From Haliotis cracherodii (lineage: Eukaryota), in assembly GCF_022045235.1 (NCBI RefSeq), contig NW_027266271.1, forward strand, positions 22,878,001-22,942,000: 64,000 nt of DNA, read 5' to 3'. Below the pieces are notes generated by a model. It was given only the letters and a program-made list of their open reading frames with translations. It was not told the origin of the DNA and did no database searches. Within the stretch, counting starts at the first letter, position 1, and each line of letters begins with the position of its first letter. Below are positions 38,401 through 47,400 of this stretch, in pieces. Made by a program: the position numbers and the translations under genes.

Positions 38401-41400
38401 TACCGAAACGTCGCCTTTTACAGTATTAAAGAAGTTGTTATCCATAAAAATTGTGTCTATCAGGTAAATATAAGTCCCAAAATATTGACCATCAAGGACA
38501 ACTTTATTTCTACCAACAGCTATGTAATAAGAACTGATGAGCTGTTGACTAGTGGTATTTAGCTGGTATCCTGAATTGGTTGCATATTATCTTTGTAAGT
38601 TTGTACATCTAACTTGGGATTTTTAACTGTTTAGATTATATATATATTGGCATGTCAAATTTCTGCCAGTTTTCACCATTAACTGAGTGGACCAGACAAC
38701 ATGCCAGAGGAAATCATCCCGAACCATTGTCAGACTTACTCAATGAGTCTCACACACTGATAAGGATGAAACATTGCTAATAGTTATGTGTTCATGTACA
38801 GTACACATTAAACGATAATGTATGAAATGCTGATGGTTTGTGAACATGTTCTTCCAGATGGTCAAGGATGCCAAGATCGCCATTTTGACCTGTCCCTTTG
38901 AGCCCCCAAAGCCCAAGACTAAGCACAAGCTTGATGTCAAGTCCGTAGAGGACTACAAGAAGCTTAGGGAATATGAAATAAAGAAGTTTGAAGATATGGT
39001 TCAGTCTGTAAGTATCCGATATCTGTATGGGGGCGGTGTGGTAGCCTAGTGGTTAAATTGTCCATCCAGCTGAAGGCCCGGGTTCGATTTCGATTTCCCA
39101 CATGAGTACAATGTGTGAAGCCCATTTCTGGTGTCCCTCACCGTGATATTGCTGGAATATTACAAAAAGTGGCATAAAACCACTCGCTCGCTGTATAGGT
39201 GGTGGAGTAGCCAAGTTGTAAAAGCATTTGCTCATCACACTGAACATGCTGAAGGCCTGGGTTGTATATCCCCATGTGGGTTAAGTGTGGACACATTTCT
39301 TGTCACCAGGGGTGATATTGCTGAAAAACTTGATATGTCAGTAATAACTCTGGGTATTTTGGTGTTACGTTAGGATGTTTCGATATATATTTGTGTTTTC
39401 CCAATGATGAAATTTGGAATTACCGATTGATTACGAATGAAACTAACCGAGCGGCAATATTTTCTGAGGGAATGGTAATGTTGACCTCTGCAAATGTGTA
39501 CGTTAGGCTTGGGTGGTATTGATATGAAGTTACTGCTTGCAGGTGAAGGACAAGGGCGCTAATCTAGTCATCTGCCAGTGGGGCTTTGATGATGAGGCCA
39601 ACCACCTGTTGCTGCAGAAGCAGTTACCAGCTGTTCGTTGGGTCGGTGGGCCTGAAATCGAGGTGATTATTACTCTCCATTCCCTGATAGAACCAGAGAT
39701 GGTGCTAATTTCATGCAATTGAAAAATTTGATATTTTAAAGTTGGTGTTACACAATGTATTCTCCAAGACATATTTGTTTGCAGGTTATGAGTTATAAAC
39801 AGGTTCATATTGAAAACATCTGTAGCCCCTTGAGTGAGTTTCTCTGTGATGAAAATTGGAATTACCGTTTGATAATAAATGAAACCACCCTAGCGGCATT
39901 TATTTCTGAGAGAAACTGGAGGCCAGTCTTAGAAATTCACTTCTAGGGGATGAGTGTGAACCTTATTTCAGAGGTCCTCAGTGTTTTTAGCTAGACCTGT
40001 GTGAACAATACAAAAATATTTGCTGTCTACATTATCTGTTGCTTTTATTCAGTTCCAATTTAGCATAATTGAAACATTGAGAACTGGTTGAGAATGATCA
40101 TCCTCAAATGCTACGAGGTCATTGAGGACTACCATCATTGGATATGTGCTTGTCAGCACAGTTTAAGTCTCAGGCTAGTGTAAATGTCAGTGACTGCCAT
40201 GCACAAGTTACAGCATCGCGACAGGTGTGAAATGAAGACAGGCATTGTATCCCTTTAGTACCTAAGGTTCCTTGCTATTCAAATACAGTTGGAGCAGCAA
40301 ACGTCCCTGAGATCACACCAGAATAAATAGGAGTATACTAGGGCTGCAACAAATACACTGAGGTGAATATGATTCATATCAAAAATATAGGGTAAAGAAT
40401 ACGAATATTAATTCACGAATACAACAAGTCAGCAGTTGTATTATTTTCAGTGAAACAATAGCAACATAAATTATTTGACATGGTTTGTTTATCATTTATA
40501 TATTATACATTTATATATTATACATTTATATACTGCACTTATCCAGGTACGAGTATCTGCTCAAATGCGACAATGACCAGTGACCACAATACTGTCAAAT
40601 TAAAAAGTATGAGAGTTGTAGAATAACGAATTCAATTCATGAATGGATACAGTTCTATTCATCAAATACGCGATTGAATCGAATTGAATTAGAATAATCA
40701 ATTTTCGAAATGGCCAAGAGGATCCCTTTTACATTGAGTAGGTTGCTTTGAGGGAGTAGACCTGTTTTAAATGTTTTCCATGAGTATGGCAATCATTATG
40801 ACGAAAGGATTTGTCCATTTAGTCGATGTTAAACATTCAACGTTTCTCTGTGATGAAAATTGGAATTACCGTTTGATACATATGAAACTACCCTAGCGGC
40901 ATTTATTTCTGAGAGAAACTGAATAAGGCTATGTTGGAGACCTGTTAGAAGTAAGTACTCATTTGTTGGACATGGATCTATGCACAGTGTCCTCAACAAC
41001 CTGAAAAGAAATTGCCCCGAAATGTATGATTCCAAGAGAATTATATCCATTGGCTGAAAACTTTTCAAATCCATAGTATTATTCCTTTACTTTCAGTGTG
41101 ATTTCTTTCGTATGTTATCTTTTACAAAAATAAGAAATGAAACAAACCTAGCTGCTTATTTTTCTGAGAGAAAGGAACCTGAAAGATTTTATCTTCACCA
41201 TTGTTTCTATGGTATTTTCATTTCTTGAATGATTGGACTGACACGGTTTGTGTAATTAGCAGCTTAATAACAAACAAATGAAGTTTTATAAAATCAATCT
41301 GGTTTCATTTCATTCGAACCATCCTGGAAATCAAGTTAGGATGTGGAAACATGAAAATAAAGAATGAGGTGTCACTCGTGATGAGATTGTAAGAAACATG

Positions 41401-44400
41401 CCACAACTTGTTAGTGTCAGCCATGATGTTGGCCAATACTAAATGGTTGAAACTATCCTGTGTCAGTAAATAATTAAGTCCAATTTTAATAGGGTAAGTT
41501 CAAGTTATATGCATTATAAACATTCATACATGTCATTCTTTATACTTATTGTTTAAGAAGAATTTCAAGTTTCTCTGTGATGAAAATTGGAATTACCGTT
41601 TGATAATCAATGAAACTACCCTAGCGGCATTTATTTTTGAGAGAAACTGAATAAGGCTATGTTGGAGACCTGTTAGAAGTAAGTACTCATTTGTTGGACA
41701 TGGATCTATGCACAATGTCCTGAACAAACTGAAAAGAAATTGCCCTGAATCATGTGATTCCAAGAGAATTATATCCATTGGCTGAAAACTTTTCAAATCC
41801 ATTGTATTATTTTCGTTGGCGGGGGATATAGAAATGGGCTTCGGACGTCACGTTTCGTTTCTGGAGCATAACTCATAAACCATTCAATATTTTTTCATCA
41901 AACTTTGCAGGTCTGTCATGTACATGCTGAACTGGTGTCTTTTGCTATTTAGAAATTTTAGAATTTTTTCTTTTTTTCGTTACCATGGCAGCAAGATGGA
42001 CTGAGGTTCCAAACTCATCTTTTTTTTACAATTTCCATGACAAGTTCCACCTCAGTTAAAAAAGGTTAGGGTTTGTTTAGATTTAATTATGTCATAAATT
42101 CTGCAACAGGGGCGGGGGATATAGCCACGTTGGTGGCAAACTCTTGTTCCTTTACTTTCTGTGTGATTTCTTCCATATGTTATCTTTTACAAAAATAAGA
42201 AATGAAACAAACCTAGCTGCTTATTTTTCTGGGAGAAAGGAACCTGAACGATTTTATTTTCACCATTGTTTCTATTTCCCCTGATATTGAACAAGTTTGA
42301 CATTTTCAACAATGTAGGATCTGTAAGCAAATTAACAACCAAAGTAGTAACAATTTAAAATCTAGGTTTGTTAATTACATAATGAAAACCAAGTCAGGCA
42401 TAAGTTAGAATCATGTAAAATGAAGAGGTTTTGATCCTGCGAAAATATCATTAACGATATTATTGATTTTCTGTTGGCAAATGCATTAAGCTCTGTTTGA
42501 GAGAAAATGTACATTGAGAAAGCTAGCAGTGCGAAGAAAGGTTCCCATTTGAATGAAGTAGATTCTGTTAAGAAGCATGAAGACACAGCTGGTTTCACAT
42601 GTTACATTTGGGTAAATAGGTGTTATGCAGTAAATGAGATTCTTTCTCAAATTTAATGTAACTGCCATGTAATTAACAGTTTACGCACGTTCTGATTTTC
42701 AATTACTTGTTAAAGATGCAGTTTCTCTGTGATGAAAATTGGAATTACCGTTTGATAATAAATGAAACTACCCTAGCGGCATATATTTCTGAGAGAAAAT
42801 AGCATTAAAGATTGTTTTTCGATTTAGCAGAATTTTGTGCATTTTCATTTCTTGAATGATTGGGCTGACAAGGTTTGTGTAGTTAGCAGCTTAATAACAA
42901 GCAAATAAAGGTTTATAAAATCAATCTGGTTTCATTTCGTTTGAACCATCCTGGAAATCAAGTTTGGATGTGGAAACATGAAAATAAAGAATGAGGTGTC
43001 ATTCTTGATGAGATTGTAAGAAACATGCCACAACTTGTTAGTGTCCACCATGATGTTGGCAATACTAAATGGTTGAAACTATCCTGTGTCAGTGAATTAT
43101 TAAGTCCAATTTTAATAGGGTAAGTTCAAGTTATATGCATGATAAACATTCATACATGTCATTCTTTAAACTTATTGTTTAAGAAGTATATCAGGTTTCT
43201 CTGTGATGAAAATTGGAATTACCGTTTGATAATGCATGAAACTACCCTAGCGGCATTAATTTCTGAGAGAACTTGAATAAGGCTCTGTTGGAGACCTTTT
43301 GGAAATATTACTTCAAAGTATGGAGACAGTGCCTGGAATCTTAATGATTGTATAAATAGAACATCTATCCATTTTTGAAAATAGATCTATGCACACAATC
43401 GCCTGAACAGACTAAACAAGAAAATGCCCAGAATCCTGTCATTCAAAGAATAATGCATGGGCTGAAGACTTGCACATATGTCCAGTGCTTAAGCAGTACA
43501 GTTTTCAAATCCATCAGTGGTATTCCTTTACTTATTGTATCATTTCCTACATACTTTATCATGTTTTACAGTTGATCGCCATAGCAACTGGAGGAAGAAT
43601 CGTTCCACGGTTTGAAGAGCTGACCACTGAGAAGCTGGGAAGTGCTGGCATCGTGAAGGAGTTGAACTTTGGAACAACCAAAGAGAGAATGTTGGTCATC
43701 GAGGAGTGCAAGAACTCGAGAGCCGTCACCATCTTCATCAGGGGAGGCAATAAGATGGTGAGTGTCAAGTTGTTGGGATTGTGAGAGTTCAGAGATTTAT
43801 CTAGGAATCCAAATTAAGTACACTTGCCAGCCGAATTAGGAGAAATCGTTCAAAATTTGATCTATTTTTTTTTTCAGTTTCCTTGTTTTAGAGGTATTTT
43901 ACATTGCATTCAGTGCAATAATGTTAAACTAATCTGAAGTACTATTGTCAGTGAAATTCAAGTTGCCTTACAAAGCCATAACACTTATTAATATAAAAGC
44001 ATGAAATGGTAAATGTTATGTTGCAGTTTGGATTTTATTTCATTGATATTTGCTGCATACTCTGGGCCAAATATCAGCACCTAATCAGGTTGAGATAAAT
44101 TCCCAATTCATGTTCTGGTAAATGTTTTGTATTGTAATTAATCCAACACTGTTTATATCAGTCAACATGTCTTTGTCATTTCTAATCTGAGTACGTCTCC
44201 TCTTTTGGCATGTCAAATTTCTGCCAGTTTTCACCATTAACTGAGTGGACCAGACAACATGCCAGATGAAATCATCCCGAACCATTGTCAGACTTACTCA
44301 ATGAGTCTCACACACTGATAAGGATGAAACATTGACTAACCTTGATTTCAAAGTAGTTTGTCAGATGTTGATTGTATGACAAAAAGGTCAGAAAGTACTT

Positions 44401-47400
44401 GTAATACTTTGTTTTTTATGTTTGTGTAGATTGTGGAGGAAGCTAAGCGAAGTCTTCATGATGCCTTGTGTGTAATCCGAAACATCGTCCGAGACAACCG
44501 TGTTGTGTATGGAGGTGGTGCTCCCGAGATCGCCTGCTCACTAGCTGTGTCTAAAGCTGCAGATAAGGTAGGGCTAGCTAGACCTTACCGTTGTCCTGAA
44601 ATTGTGTATTTGGTGTAGAAATTACGGTTGACACAAATTTTATGGTTTCAGACATAGATGGACTAATGTTTATAGAATCTAATTGTGCAGGTTGATCAGT
44701 TTCATCAAAGGAAGGTTGAGTGTTAATTATGATGAAGCTGATTATGATCAAATTTTCTGTTGCAGTGCATTTCTTGCTTGTTTGGAGAATTATTTTTTTT
44801 TAATAATTGTTTTGTTTTTTGTAGATTTCCACTCTTGAGCAATATGCAGTGCGTGGTTTCTCTGAAGCTTTGGAAAGCATTCCTTTAGCATTAGCAGAAA
44901 ACAGTGGTCAGGCCCCAATCCACACGCTAGCCGATGTGAAATCTCGACAAGTCAAGGAGAAGAACCCTAGGCTTGGAATCGACTGTCTCCTAAGAGGAAC
45001 AAATGGTATGTTGGTAAATAAGTTGCGACAAGTTGAACACCAGATTGGACTAGAAAGGCCTTTATACCAGATGGTATAATTTGCCTTAAGTCCCCGGCTC
45101 AAACATGTTTTCCTGGCCAACTTGCGGACCAATTTGAAAGTATAATCTTTATACTAAGTGCAATGGCGGATATAATCAGATAATCTTGACCAGTCTGGTT
45201 ATCAACTTGCAAAGTAAGCACATTGTTGCACGATCTGGATAAAAGTACACATATTTTAATGCAAGTGTCTTAGAAAGTTAATCATGTTGCATTTATTGTT
45301 AGACCAGGATGCATACACTTTGCAGAAACATGTAAAGTGCAATACAGTTTTGGGTTCAGGGTCTGTTAGGAAACATTATGGGACAGTCTGTAGCTCTGTG
45401 TAGCGACAAGTCAATATTAAATTCGTTTATAGGAAGCAGCACAGATAAAGTTACCACAGTTTTGGTCCCACTACCAACAAATGAGTCAGATCACGCGTTA
45501 ATGTAACCACCCAATCCCCAGTGGAGTCGCATATTTCACTACATTTTACCACGCCTAGTTGATGTTTGGGTTCACGTTTAAAGTTATGAACAGGTTGACA
45601 CTTGAAACATCAGTAGGGCCCTGAGTGAATTTCTCTGTGATGAAAATTGGAATTACCGTTTGATAATGCATGAAACAACCCTAGCGGCATTTATTTCTGA
45701 GAGAAACGTGGAGGCCCACCTTAAATATTTCTTTCTATGACTGGTCCCGAGGACTAGTGTCAACCTTATTTCACTGATCCTAAGTATTTGTTGCTAGACC
45801 TGCTTGAACAATACAGTGTTTACGGTGTTTACATTTTCTGTTGGTTTTATTCAGTTCCAATTTCACACAATTGAAGAATTGAGAGCTGGTTCCAAATTAT
45901 AGTGCTTAATGCTACACGTCTATGAGCACTACTATCAATGGATTTTTACTTGTCAGCTCAATTAAATAACCATGGGCTAGCGTGAATTTCGAAGGCTGGC
46001 ATGCACAAGTTACGACATCTCGACAGGTGTGAAATGACCTTCAGCATTGTATCCCTTTAGTACATAATGTTTATTGCTTATCAGATACAGTTGGAACTGC
46101 ATACTTCCGGGAGATCACACCTGAATGTTTGTTGTTTAATGCCGCACTCTGCAATATTCCAGCTATATGACTGCGGTCTGTAAATAATCGAGTCTGGGCC
46201 AGACAATCCAGATCATGAGCATAGATCCACGCAATTGGGATATGATGACATGCATCAACCAAGTCAGCAGGCTGTCCACCCGATCCCGTTGGTCGCCTCT
46301 TACGGCAAGCATGGGTTTCTGTCACACATTCATTATGAATAATAACTATAGGTATACTACTCCTTTTGATAGGGAGATTTTTTTTATCTTTCCAAGAGAC
46401 ACAGAACAACATCTGATTTAGGGATTTCCCTATCGAAAGTTTAAGTTGTGTATATTAGCAAACGGTGAACTTAAGATTTTCATATATTCAAATGACCAAA
46501 AGATAATGTTTACATAGTTTGCCTTGGGGAGAGTGGGGCTCTTTGCAAATGTTTTCCATGTGTATGGCAATAATTATGACATTGCAATAAAAATTTGCAG
46601 GAAAGATAAGGTTTACAATGTCCAATTGGTATTTGCATTAATTCCTTTTGGTTAGAACATTAATGATATGTAAAGTTATATTCATCCATGGGACATGTGG
46701 AAAAATCATAACGACCAGTACCATAAATGTTTGGGAAATCAAAGGTTTTGTCCATAAAGTTGATGTTGGAACAAAAACGTTTCTCCATGATGAAAATTGG
46801 AATTACCGTTTGATACATATGAAACTATCCTTGCGGCATTTATTTCTGAGAGAAACAAAAGTGGAAGTATTGAATTTATCGGTTCACGTAATTCACAAAC
46901 TTTGAACATGTTGAAGCTATTGAAGTGTATTACCTCATTCCTCTATACATGTGTCCTGATTACAGTTGATTTGTCATCTCGACAAGATACCCATGCTGAT
47001 GGGTGACGCCAAAGGGATAAACATCCAAGACCTGCATCTAAAAAAATGCACAAAATGTTCATAATACTAGTCTCTGATCATTACTGAATCAATCAGTTTG
47101 TTTTTGGTCAATGAGTTCAGTTTTACTTTTATTTAATTCACAGAATGTTAGGTTGTTCTAATGATAGTAATAATCATGTTAAATTAGCATTGTTGCAAAA
47201 TATCCATTAAAAATCATTGTTTGACAGTCCAATGTCTCCATGATGAAAATTGAAATTACCATTTGATACCAATGAAACTGTCCTAGCTGCATTTATTTCT
47301 GAGAGAAATTTATTCAAATGGAAGAATTAACACTTATCAGATGGTACACAAAGTACATGATCCAGACTACCAGTTGTCCCACCTTCATTTTTTGTGGAAG

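Noticed and set aside
40829-41802. Duplicated minus-strand ORFs [16 protein letters not shown]
   Set aside because: Antisense by-product of the intronic duplication; no coding hallmarks.
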